From an uncultured Gammaproteobacteria bacterium (lineage in GTDB: Bacteria; Patescibacteriota; Microgenomatia; Levybacterales; GWA1-39-11), in assembly GCA_964504535.1 (NCBI GenBank), contig CAZDED010000004.1, positions 44,115 through 108,114 on the forward strand: DNA of 64,000 bases. Reading direction: 5' to 3'. Positions within the stretch are counted from its first letter, which is position 1; each line of letters opens with the position of its first letter. A model generated the notes under the pieces. That model was not told the origin of the DNA and did no database searches. It was given only the letters and a program-made list of their open reading frames with translations. Below, piece by piece: positions 20,093 to 29,028 of this stretch. The translations under genes and the position numbers were made by a program.

Positions 20093-22465
20093 TTATTGCT
20101 GGGTAAAAGTAGGGGTAGGCATAATGATCTTACATGTATCTTTAGTTTCAGTCCCCCGTATGAAATATGCATCATATCCAAAACAATTTTTAACAACAAT
20201 ATCATCCGGCATGGTGATCTCCATAGGCTCATTACTATTGAGCATATTTTCCATAATTCTATGCCACATAGGAGCCGCTCCCGTTATCCCTGAGGCTAAT
20301 GCCTGTGAAAGGGGGGTGTTGTCGTTATTACCAACCCACGTAGCAACCAGTGTGTCAGGAGTAAAACCTACAGTCCAGTTATCTCTCTTGTTATCAGTTG
20401 TTCCTGTTTTTACGGATACTTTTTTATTTGGAATGACTAATGGTGAATTTGTGCCAAACTCTATACTTCTTGCTTTATCATCTGCAAGAATATTTGAAAT
20501 TATGTATGCAATTCCAGCATCGATAACAGAAACTTCTTTTACTTCTTTCTTCGCAATAATTTTTCCATCAGTGTCAGTTATTAGTAAAATTGGATCCAGC
20601 TCAATCTTATTACCTCCATTTGCTATTACTCCATAGGCAGTAGCCAAATCTTTCATTGTTACTTCAGCTGCTCCCAGCGTGATTGATAGACCGTAGTTTT
20701 CAGCAGATCCCCATGACGAAATCCCCATTTGCTTGCCGAACTGCACTATAGCATCAACTCCCATTTTTTGCGCAACTCTGACTGCTGGAATATTAAAAGA
20801 ATTGGCAAATGCAATTCTTAATGGTACTTTTCCGTGAAATTTTCCATCATAGTTAACGGGAGTATACGCTTGCCCTCCCTGATTTGGGATACTAAGAGGA
20901 AGATCCTCCAAGATTGATGCCTCCGTATAACCTTTTGAAAGAGCGAGAGCATAGGTAATTAGCTTTATTGTTGATCCAGGCTGCCGCAATGATGTTGTTA
21001 TATTCACATTTCCATCATGATCAGCATCAAAATAGTCACTGCTACCAACCATCGCCAAAATATCACCAGTCTGAGGGTTTGTAACAAGAGCTGCCCCATT
21101 TCCAATTCCAAGATATCCATTTTTCTGCACTTCGTCTGAGACTACTTCCTCGGCCATTTTCTGAGTATTGATATCAAGTGACGTTGTGACTTGAAGCCCT
21201 CCTCTTTCAACCTCAAACAGACCGTACTTCCGGATCAACAAATCCCTTACATACATAACAAAATGAGGGGCCTGGATTGGAACTTGGGATGATGCAAAAA
21301 TAAGCCTCTCTGAATAGGCTCTTCCTGCCTGATCTTTTGTGATATATCCTTCCGAAACCATTGCAGTAAGTACTTCTTTTTGTCTCTTTTTTCCCAGACT
21401 ACCATCGCCTGCAAAGGGAGAATACTGGCTTGGAGCTTGCGGCAATCCTGCAAGATATGCACTCTCAGAGAGTGTTAGGCTTGAGACATCTTTACCGAAA
21501 TAAATTTGTGATGCCGCCTCAACACCCCACGCAGTCCCACCATAAGGAACATAATTAAAATACAGTTCAAGAATTTGGTTCTTGGTATATTGCTGCTCAG
21601 CCCAGAAGGCAAGAACTAATTCTCTAACTTTTCTTGTGATTGTTGGCTCCGGAGTTAAAAGGGCGGATTTTATAAGTTGCTGTGTAATAGTTGATCCACC
21701 TTGCAACTCTTTTTTAGTTGCGTCAACATATACTGCCCGCGCAATTCCTTTTACATCAAACCCATCGTGCTTGTAAAAATCTTTGTCTTCAATCGCAATT
21801 GTTGCCTCTTGTAACTTTTTTGGGATTTTTTCAAGCCTAACTATTGTACGATTCTGATTGGCATATATTTCATACAGTAAATTTCCGTTTCTGTCCAAGA
21901 TCTTCGTAGTCTTTGGAATATAGTTCACTGACAGATTTGACAGCTTTGGCAAATCTGAAAGGAATAGAAAAAATAATGCAGGCATGAAGAAGAAGATACA
22001 TGCAAATAGAGTACCGAGTCCAACATATTTAAACTTGAGCAATAAAGATGGTTTGGATGATATAACAATGTTCTTTTGTGATCTTTTTAATCTTCTCTGA
22101 GGGAACCTAATTTTAGCAGTTATTTTAAAGGGGAATACAAGAAACGAGGCTAAAAAACGAAGTAATGAAGAAAACTCCTGCAAGACATATGCTAGAAAAA
22201 AACCGATTGCATGAGATAATTTCGAAAATAATACGAAATCTTCTTTCTCATTGCGTCTTATAGTTTTACTTTTTTTGTAATTATATTTTTTATCTTTTCT
22301 CGGAGGCCTTGAGAAGTGATGTATTCCCTTTTTTACCAACCCGACAACGTACTCAATAGGTGAAAAAAGAAGAGAAGAAAAAGAATGGATCGCCGAGTAG
22401 ACGAGATCCCCAATTTTTATGAGGATGAATAGTATTATGTAAAATAAAAATTTAAAAAAAGCCAT
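20093..22465 (-). CDS. Second class A penicillin-binding protein (GT51 + transpeptidase) with an unusual ~180-aa N-terminal extension before the membrane anchor.
   Basis: EDKDFYKHDGFDVKGIARA and GGSTITQQLIKS (GT51); SxxK (STIK) and KTGTT (transpeptidase); paralog of 12711..14960. Confidence 0.88.
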   Translation of the reverse strand: MAFFKFLFYIILFILIKIGDLVYSAIHSFSSLLFSPIEYVVGLVKKGIHHFSRPPRKDKKYNYKKSKTIRRNEKEDFVLFSKLSHAIGFFLAYVLQEFSSLLRFLASFLVFPFKITAKIRFPQRRLKRSQKNIVISSKPSLLLKFKYVGLGTLFACIFFFMPALFFLFLSDLPKLSNLSVNYIPKTTKILDRNGNLLYEIYANQNRTIVRLEKIPKKLQEATIAIEDKDFYKHDGFDVKGIARAVYVDATKKELQGGSTITQQLIKSALLTPEPTITRKVRELVLAFWAEQQYTKNQILELYFNYVPYGGTAWGVEAASQIYFGKDVSSLTLSESAYLAGLPQAPSQYSPFAGDGSLGKKRQKEVLTAMVSEGYITKDQAGRAYSERLIFASSQVPIQAPHFVMYVRDLLIRKYGLFEVERGGLQVTTSLDINTQKMAEEVVSDEVQKNGYLGIGNGAALVTNPQTGDILAMVGSSDYFDADHDGNVNITTSLRQPGSTIKLITYALALSKGYTEASILEDLPLSIPNQGGQAYTPVNYDGKFHGKVPLRIAFANSFNIPAVRVAQKMGVDAIVQFGKQMGISSWGSAENYGLSITLGAAEVTMKDLATAYGVIANGGNKIELDPILLITDTDGKIIAKKEVKEVSVIDAGIAYIISNILADDKARSIEFGTNSPLVIPNKKVSVKTGTTDNKRDNWTVGFTPDTLVATWVGNNDNTPLSQALASGITGAAPMWHRIMENMLNSNEPMEITMPDDIVVKNCFGYDAYFIRGTETKDTCKIIMPTPTFTQQ

Positions 22466-22647
22466 AAGCCCTCCAATAGTTTTTTAATAATTACAACAGA
22501 GGGCAGAAACCTGTTACATCTTGCGATGCTAATTTAGTATTATAGTAATGGATTCTTCGCTTCGCAACTAGTAAATACGTATCAAAGTACTTTAAAAACA
22601 TTCACTTTTAGTTGCATTAATAAAGTTCAGAAGTATACAATGTTTGT

Positions 22648-23622
22648 ATGAAAGTTTTGGTAATCGGTTCCTCTCTTTTTGACGCAATTATATCTTTAGA
22701 AAATAATTCCCACATTACAATTTCTGATAATACGGCGAGTTTTGCACTTGGAGATAAAATCCCGATCGACATTAAAGCATTTTCTATTGGTGGAAATGGA
22801 GCCAATGTAGCATCAACTCTTCATAAATTAGGAGTAACGAATGCCTTTTATACCTATATTGGTCAGGATGCATTATCTCAATTTATAGAGCAGCAGCTAT
22901 CAAAGGAGGGAATAAAGATTTACTGTGAAGATGTCGACTCGAAAGATGGGCCATTATCTCTGATTTTTGATTTTGTTCAGGACAGGACTATTTTCTCTCA
23001 CCACCCAGAACATGACCATGTGTTTGATGAAAGCAAAATTGATGAAAAACCTGAGATCATTTTTCTTACATCGGTTGGAAAAAGATGGGAAGGTGCTTAT
23101 GAAAATGTACTTAATTATGCAAATCGTGAAGGAATTCCCGTTGCTTATTCACCAGGATCCGCACAGATGAAAGATATTAATGAAACGTTTATAAAAGCTG
23201 TCCATCAGTCAAAGATGCTTTTTTGTAATATGGAGGAGGCTCGAATAATAAATCAAAAATTATCTGGTAACCAGATTGGTGATGTTAAAGAATTGCTGCT
23301 TAATTTGAAAAATTATGGTTTTGATCTAATCTCAGTGACAGATGGCCAAAATGGTGCGTATGCAGTCGAAAATGATGGAAAGATATATAAAATCGGGACA
23401 TTAAATCCTGATGGACATGAAAAGACCGGTGCAGGAGATGCTTATGCAGGAGCGTTTTTAGCCTCATTGACAAAAGGCATGTCCATTGCAGAGTGTATGA
23501 AGAGGGGAGTTTTGAACTCTATCGGTGTCATGTCACATGTCGGAGCACATACGGGGCAACTTACTGAGGAGGAAATGGAACAAAAGGCATCTGAGATAGA
23601 GCTTAGCGCTACGCAAATTTAA
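22648..23622 (+). CDS. PfkB-family carbohydrate kinase (ribokinase/adenosine-kinase-like).
   Basis: N-terminal GG motif (SIGGNGANVA) and C-terminal anion-hole motif GAGDAYAGAFLASL. Confidence 0.75.
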   Translation: MKVLVIGSSLFDAIISLENNSHITISDNTASFALGDKIPIDIKAFSIGGNGANVASTLHKLGVTNAFYTYIGQDALSQFIEQQLSKEGIKIYCEDVDSKDGPLSLIFDFVQDRTIFSHHPEHDHVFDESKIDEKPEIIFLTSVGKRWEGAYENVLNYANREGIPVAYSPGSAQMKDINETFIKAVHQSKMLFCNMEEARIINQKLSGNQIGDVKELLLNLKNYGFDLISVTDGQNGAYAVENDGKIYKIGTLNPDGHEKTGAGDAYAGAFLASLTKGMSIAECMKRGVLNSIGVMSHVGAHTGQLTEEEMEQKASEIELSATQI

Positions 23623-23623
23623 T

Positions 23624-24127
23624 ATGAAGATATATCTAGCATCAGATCATGCAGGATTCAATCTTAAAGAAAAAGTTAAAAAAACACTGACGGAAAGTGG
23701 ATACGACATTGAGGATTGCGGAGCTTATGAATTTGAACCCACTGATGATTATCCTGATTACATCAAAAAGGCTGCTGAAAACGTCTCGAGAAACCCAGAA
23801 GACAAAGCTATTATTTTTGGAAGCTCTGGACAAGGTGAAGCAATTGTTGCCAATAAATTTAAAGGTGTAAGAGCAGTTGTTTTTTACACCCCTATTATTC
23901 CTGCTCATGCTGTGGATGTAACTGGCCGCACCAGTAGTGATGCTTTTGAGATGATCCGGCTAACTCGTGAACACAACGATGCAAATGTTTTATCTATCGG
24001 AGCACATATCCTGAGTGAAGCAGATGCTCTCCATGCTATTAAACAATGGCTCGAAGCACCGTTCTCAAATGATGAGAGACACATCAGACGGATCAGGAAA
24101 ATTTCTCAAATAGAAGACCATGAATGA
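23624..24127 (+). CDS. rpiB: Ribose-5-phosphate isomerase B (RpiB/LacAB family).
   Basis: MKIYLASDHAGFNLKE start with catalytic Cys in GYDIEDCGA; start overlaps the upstream stop (ATGA-type coupling). Confidence 0.85.
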   Translation: MKIYLASDHAGFNLKEKVKKTLTESGYDIEDCGAYEFEPTDDYPDYIKKAAENVSRNPEDKAIIFGSSGQGEAIVANKFKGVRAVVFYTPIIPAHAVDVTGRTSSDAFEMIRLTREHNDANVLSIGAHILSEADALHAIKQWLEAPFSNDERHIRRIRKISQIEDHE

Positions 24128-24761
24128 AGTAATACCAAGCCCAGGTACTGAAAATAAAAATTGGGAAGATATTGAAGATAGATTAAACCGCATAAAACCT
24201 TTCGCAAAATCCATTCATATTGATGTTTTAGATGGCAAGTTTGCTCCTAATACTACTTTTTCGGATGCTTCAAAATTTTCAGGCTTTACGAAAGAGACTC
24301 TTTTCGAGGTTCATTTGATGGTCGACAACCCTGTGCAGTATCTAAAAACATGGGCTGATGCAGGATTTAGACGATTTATTGGTCAGATAGAAAAAATGCC
24401 TGATCCCATTGAGTTTGTTGCCCAGGGACAATTACTCGGAGAGGTGGGCATTGCTGTTGATGGCCCAACGGGACTTGAAGTGTTAAACAACCTTAATCTT
24501 AACGATTTAGATTGTTTACTTATAATGACAATTAACGCTGGGTTTTCAGGTCAGGAATTTCAGCCGGAAATGCTTGATAAGGTAAGAACAATGAAAGAAA
24601 AATACCCTTATTTAACGATAGAAGTTGATGGAGGAATAAATGAAAACACAATTGTTGATTCAAAAAAAGCAGGAGCAAGCAGATTTGTCACAACAAGCAC
24701 TCTTTATAAGGCTGATGACATTTCTGAAGAGTTCAAAAAATTAACCTCACTCATCAAATGA
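24120..24761 (+). CDS. rpe: Ribulose-phosphate 3-epimerase.
   Basis: IHIDVLDGKFAPNTTF and VDGGIN motifs of Rpe; overlaps rpiB by 8 nt (operon). Confidence 0.85.
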   Translation: MNEVIPSPGTENKNWEDIEDRLNRIKPFAKSIHIDVLDGKFAPNTTFSDASKFSGFTKETLFEVHLMVDNPVQYLKTWADAGFRRFIGQIEKMPDPIEFVAQGQLLGEVGIAVDGPTGLEVLNNLNLNDLDCLLIMTINAGFSGQEFQPEMLDKVRTMKEKYPYLTIEVDGGINENTIVDSKKAGASRFVTTSTLYKADDISEEFKKLTSLIK

Positions 24762-24770
24762 GTCGGGGTG

Positions 24771-24794
24771 CCGAGGGGAGTTACCCCCTCGACA
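24771..24794. terminator. GC-rich stem-loop (ccgaggggagttaccccctcg) between the convergent rpe and the GC-rich gene; candidate bidirectional terminator.
   Basis: 7-bp perfect stem seen in the sequence; no strong U-tract, so only a candidate. Confidence 0.35.
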
Positions 24795-24813
24795 CCGTTG
24801 GACTGCAAACCCT

Positions 24814-26133
24814 CTAGCGGACAACTACCGTGAATTGCCTCCCCCCGGGACTGGTCGTGATCTGTATGCTGATCACGAAATGTGTTTTGGTCGTGTCAGG
24901 TGCCATTTGCCCGGGAAGGCAATTGGCGTTTCCTTCACAGGGAGCAGATGCGAGGGCAGTGAATGAGAAGTGCCAGCACTTCCCAGACGTAGGACAGGCT
25001 GGCGCCTGTGACATTGGCGCTGGACTTGCTGCATTTCGTGGATATTCCGTCATATCCATAGTGAGCTTGATCGTCACCCCCGTCGCAACGTCTGGCGTGG
25101 TCAGATCGAAAGGAACCACGTCTCCCGGACAAATGACCGAATAGCCTATCGTCAAGGAGTCGCCGTTGGTTGCCGTGTATGTAGTTCCCGAAGTGCTGGT
25201 GCACGAAACGGGCGGCGGTGTAGGAGTGTTCGTTGGTGTAGCACTTGGACTTGGGCTCGGCGTTACTGCCGACTGGGTCGGGGTTGGCGTCGATGTCTTA
25301 GTCGGAGTCGGACTTGGCGAAACCCCGGGCACTGATGTTGAGGTGCTCGTGGCTGTTGCTGTAGCCGTTCCGGTCTGAGTGGCAGTTGCCGACGGGAACA
25401 CTGTTCCCGTAGACGTTGTGCTCGGACTTGGAGACGGAGCTACGGTTCCGGTCTTTGTTGCCGTTTGAGTCGGCGTGATCGTAACAATTCCGGTTGCCGT
25501 CGGAGTGACAGTCCTGGAAAAGATTGCCCTAGGTGACGGCGTGGCTGATGGCATCGGAGTTGATGTCTCACATCCCGTAAGGGCATATGGGGCAACTTGT
25601 ACTTGCGTACTTGCGTATACCTCGCTCCACGCGGCAACCCAGTCTCGATTGAGACCGATGACCATCCCGACGCCGACATTATTGCCGTCGGCAACGAGCT
25701 GATCTGCGACCAATGGGTCTTGCGCCATAGCGCTTACCGACACCTGATCCGCGGCTACGATGCTTGCTGACTGTGCCTGAACTTGAGAGCATTCAGGCGT
25801 ACTGTCTGAAGCAACGAAGGGAATGGTTAGGCGATGCGACATGGTGGCGCTAGGTGGCGTCTGGGACGCTGATGCTCCTTCGGCAATTGCCGGATTGTCC
25901 ATCCTCACAAGAGAGAGGACAAGCATGGCGGCTGCCAAAAAGAGCATCACAACCGGCGGAATGGATCTTCTTGAACGGGTGTGCACAGAACTCCTTCTTT
26001 CCTTTATGGGCTGGCTGAGTGTTTGCAGGTTTTCAAGGAGCGTTTCCGCATCCTTAAAAGCAATCTTTGAGGTGCGAAAACACAACTCAAGGGTATTATA
26101 TAACATCTTCCCGAAGGAAGATGTTTTCTTCAA
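24814..26133 (-). CDS. Secreted/cell-surface protein with a long Thr/Pro/Ser-rich linker and a Cys-containing C-terminal domain; compositionally foreign (GC-rich). The true start is probably an internal Met, for example near 25947.
   Basis: 439-aa ORF, the longest in a ~1.3-kb stretch whose GC and third-position GC are far above the flanks. Signal-peptide-like RSRRSIPPVVMLFLAAAMLVLSLV...AIA|EG; PT-linker (TPTATGIVTITPTQTATKTGTVAPSPSPSTTSTG...). The first 10 codons overlap a terminator hairpin. Confidence 0.55.
   Translation of the reverse strand: MKKTSSFGKMLYNTLELCFRTSKIAFKDAETLLENLQTLSQPIKERRSSVHTRSRRSIPPVVMLFLAAAMLVLSLVRMDNPAIAEGASASQTPPSATMSHRLTIPFVASDSTPECSQVQAQSASIVAADQVSVSAMAQDPLVADQLVADGNNVGVGMVIGLNRDWVAAWSEVYASTQVQVAPYALTGCETSTPMPSATPSPRAIFSRTVTPTATGIVTITPTQTATKTGTVAPSPSPSTTSTGTVFPSATATQTGTATATATSTSTSVPGVSPSPTPTKTSTPTPTQSAVTPSPSPSATPTNTPTPPPVSCTSTSGTTYTATNGDSLTIGYSVICPGDVVPFDLTTPDVATGVTIKLTMDMTEYPRNAASPAPMSQAPACPTSGKCWHFSFTALASAPCEGNANCLPGQMAPDTTKTHFVISIQITTSPGGRQFTVVVR
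26102..26125. terminator. Perfect 10-bp inverted repeat (aacatcttcc-cgaa-ggaagatgtt) followed by T-rich sequence; rho-independent terminator downstream of the beta-lactamase-like gene.
   Basis: Seen directly in the sequence, 33 nt past the stop of the 26158..27015 minus-strand gene. Confidence 0.6.
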
Positions 26134-26157
26134 GAAAGAATAACAGTATTGTGAAAA

Positions 26158-27015
26158 TTATTTGCTTCCGCGGTCTATATAAATAGTTTCAGCTATCTTT
26201 CCGATTGTCTCTTTTGCATAGTCTCCATCAGTAAGATTGCTAGATGTAACTACTAAAATAAATGGGGTCTTTCCATTTGAGACTATTCCTCCGTCGTGAA
26301 TAAAATTTATTCCATCTCCGGTTTTGTGATAGATATGAAGTCCCCGAGGCAAAAGTCGAGAAATTCTATCTTCAAAATCCGTGTTTTCCATATATCCCAT
26401 CATTTCCTTTGTAAGTGCAGGTGTTGCGATTTTATTGGTGTACAACATCTTAAAAAACGTTTGTATGTCTCTGCACGACGTGTCGTTTTCTACCATGTTA
26501 GTAGCACTCATCCCAAGTCTGTATGCGTATGCCTGTATATTGTCTTCCCCAAGCCTGATATTGAGAACGTGTGCCGCGGTATTATCTGATTTCTGAAGAG
26601 CAAGTTGGGCGAGGTACTGGAGTGTATATGTTTTTCCAGGCTCTTCATAACGGATGACACCAGTTCCGTAGTCCTGTATGTCAGATTTTTGTATAACAAC
26701 GGTTTCTTGAAGATCTATCTCTTTTTTTGCTGCAAGAGAGTAAAGGTACCCAACTACCGGCAACTTGTTCATTGATGCTCCAGTCAATACCGTATCTGGA
26801 TGGATACCGAAAGACTCATCAGTAGTAAGATCCGTATAGCAGACATTAAATTCTCCTTTTTTATTCTTGAGAAGATCCGCAACATCCTGGCGTATCACTT
26901 CTGTATCTTTCGCTTTTTGAGTCCCTCCCAACGTCACAACAGGGATAAAAAGGAGATTTCTTCCCAGAATGAGTAGAAAAAATGAGTAGAAAAGAAATAT
27001 TACTGTTTTTCTCAT
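26158..27015 (-). CDS. Class A beta-lactamase-family serine hydrolase (secreted).
   Basis: Signal peptide; SxxK (SMNK), SDN (QKSDNTAAH) and KTG (HKTGDG) triad spacing typical of class A beta-lactamases. Confidence 0.65.
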   Translation of the reverse strand: MRKTVIFLFYSFFLLILGRNLLFIPVVTLGGTQKAKDTEVIRQDVADLLKNKKGEFNVCYTDLTTDESFGIHPDTVLTGASMNKLPVVGYLYSLAAKKEIDLQETVVIQKSDIQDYGTGVIRYEEPGKTYTLQYLAQLALQKSDNTAAHVLNIRLGEDNIQAYAYRLGMSATNMVENDTSCRDIQTFFKMLYTNKIATPALTKEMMGYMENTDFEDRISRLLPRGLHIYHKTGDGINFIHDGGIVSNGKTPFILVVTSSNLTDGDYAKETIGKIAETIYIDRGSK

Positions 27016-27016
27016 A

Positions 27017-28537
27017 TTAGTCTATGGTTTTTGGGCGGTATTGCAATGCTTCTAATATGTGTGCTGAGTCTACCTCTTTACTTCTTTCAAGGTCAGCTAT
27101 TGTCCGAGAAACCTTAAGCACTTTATTAAATGACCGGGCAGAAAGCGCGAGTGTTTTCATGGCATTTTTCATAATCTCTTTTGCATTATCTTTGAGAAGT
27201 AGTAGTTCTTTAAGGTCTTTAGATGACATTTCGCTGTTCATTATAGCCTTTTTTTTAGCAAAGCGTTTTCGCTGTAGATTAACTGCCCCAACAACTCTTG
27301 CCCTAATTTTACTAGAATCCTCATAATCATTCGTGTCGTCTACGAGTTTTTCAACTTTAACTGCTGGAACATCGATATGGATATCTATTCTATCAAGCAG
27401 GGGACCGGATAATTTTTTCTGGTACTTAAGAACTTGGCCTGCCGAACAGGTGCAGACCTTTGTACTGTCTCCAAAAAATCCACAAGGACAAGGATTTGCA
27501 GCTGCAACGAGCATAAAACGGGATGGAAAAACGACCCTCTCCCGCGCTCTTGAGATACTGACGATCCCGTCTTCTAATGGTTGGCGAAGCGCTTCAAGTA
27601 CATATCTTGAAAATTCTGGTAATTCGTCAAGAAAAAGTACCCCTCTGTGAGCCAGAGATATTTCACCAGGCTTTGGGTTTGCACTTCCTCCAATAAGGCC
27701 AATGTGTGAAGTTGTGTGGTGTGGACTCCTAAATGGCCGAGACCTTAAGATGGATTTTCCTTGTAGTAGGCCTGAGATGCTATAAATTTTTGTAACCTCT
27801 AAAGCTTCGTCAAAAGAGAGCGGAGGAAGAATTGAGGGAATTGTTTTGGCAATTAATGTCTTCCCAGCTCCTGGTGGACCTTTTAATAAAATGTTATGCC
27901 CGCCGGCAACAGCAACTTCTACCGCACGCTTTACGTATGCCTGACCCTTAATATCTTTCATGTCAAAATCGTATTCGATTCCATCTTGGTCGGCATCAAA
28001 CTGAATAGGAAGAAGTGGTTCAAGCATTTTGTTTCCGACTAGATGATTGAATAACTCTTTGAGGTTTTTGATGGGGTAAATTGAAATACCTGAAACAACT
28101 TCGGCTTCTCTTTTATTGGCACTTGGGATATAGATATCTTTAATTTTCTTCTCTTTTGCAGCCAAAACGATAGGTAAAACCCCTTTTGACAACCGTAATT
28201 CTCCATTTAGGGAAAGTTCGCCAACAAAAAGCGAACTACTGGAATCAAAATGCAGCTGGCCGGAGGAAAGGAGTATGGAAACAGCAATTGGCAGGTCAAA
28301 GGTTGGACCTTCTTTGGGGAGATCGCCTGGCGCAAGATTGACGGTTACTTTTTTTGTCGGAAAGTCAGCCCCTGAGTTTTTAATGGCCGAGCAAACCCTT
28401 TCCTTTGATTCCTCAACTGCTTTGTCTGGAAGTCCAACGATTTTAAAAGCGGGAAGGCCATTTAAAATATCTGTCTCAACCTCAATTAAAACTCCATCAA
28501 GACCAACAACTGTTGCTGACAAAACTTTACTAACCAT
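27017..28537 (-). CDS. comM: YifB/ComM family Mg-chelatase-like AAA+ ATPase.
   Basis: N-terminal ChlI-like domain (VLSATVVGLDGVLIEVE), Walker A GPPGAGKT, C-terminal Mg_chelatase_C region; 506 aa. Confidence 0.85.
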   Translation of the reverse strand: MVSKVLSATVVGLDGVLIEVETDILNGLPAFKIVGLPDKAVEESKERVCSAIKNSGADFPTKKVTVNLAPGDLPKEGPTFDLPIAVSILLSSGQLHFDSSSSLFVGELSLNGELRLSKGVLPIVLAAKEKKIKDIYIPSANKREAEVVSGISIYPIKNLKELFNHLVGNKMLEPLLPIQFDADQDGIEYDFDMKDIKGQAYVKRAVEVAVAGGHNILLKGPPGAGKTLIAKTIPSILPPLSFDEALEVTKIYSISGLLQGKSILRSRPFRSPHHTTSHIGLIGGSANPKPGEISLAHRGVLFLDELPEFSRYVLEALRQPLEDGIVSISRARERVVFPSRFMLVAAANPCPCGFFGDSTKVCTCSAGQVLKYQKKLSGPLLDRIDIHIDVPAVKVEKLVDDTNDYEDSSKIRARVVGAVNLQRKRFAKKKAIMNSEMSSKDLKELLLLKDNAKEIMKNAMKTLALSARSFNKVLKVSRTIADLERSKEVDSAHILEALQYRPKTID

Positions 28538-28612
28538 ATTTACAGGAACTAGTTACTAGATATTAGTTAATAGTTAATAAAAGTATGAGATATATAAAAG
28601 ACAAAAGCAAAA

Positions 28613-29014
28613 TTATCTATCTTTAAGAGGAATAACAAACTTTAACCCAGACCAGGTTTCATCAATAGCCGCAACTTTTACATCAACAAGTCCCAACGGC
28701 AAACAAACTTCACGAATAACATTTTCATTCATGTCGGTTTTGACACCAGATGAGGCTTTTGGCCAGCTGACCCAAATCGCACCTGTTGGTTTTATTCCCA
28801 TCATGAGCTTCTTAATTTCAGAAATAAGAATTTCTTTTTCTTTCACAAAAATATGGATAAAATCATGATCTTTTCTTACCATTGGAAAAATTTCAACATC
28901 ATCAATTTCTCCGAGTTCTACTATATAAGAGAGTGGCGCGTAAAGAAAAACAACAGAAAAACCTGACTTTATCCCAAGCTTATCTCTCAACGATTTTGAG
29001 GAGTAACCAGCCAT
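28613..29014 (-). CDS. DUF3052-family hypothetical protein.
   Basis: MAGYSSKSLRDKLGIK start and overall pattern resemble DUF3052; moderate recall. Confidence 0.45.
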   Translation of the reverse strand: MAGYSSKSLRDKLGIKSGFSVVFLYAPLSYIVELGEIDDVEIFPMVRKDHDFIHIFVKEKEILISEIKKLMMGIKPTGAIWVSWPKASSGVKTDMNENVIREVCLPLGLVDVKVAAIDETWSGLKFVIPLKDR

Positions 29015-29028
29015 GATCAGAGTATATC

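Noticed and set aside
24830-25702. Multiple overlapping ORFs (24830..25144, 24935..25204, 25166..25378, 25440..25694, 25475..25702) within the other GC-rich gene.
   Set aside because: Same GC-rich artefact; they overlap the longer 439-aa frame and have repetitive G/V/A-rich translations with no domain signal.
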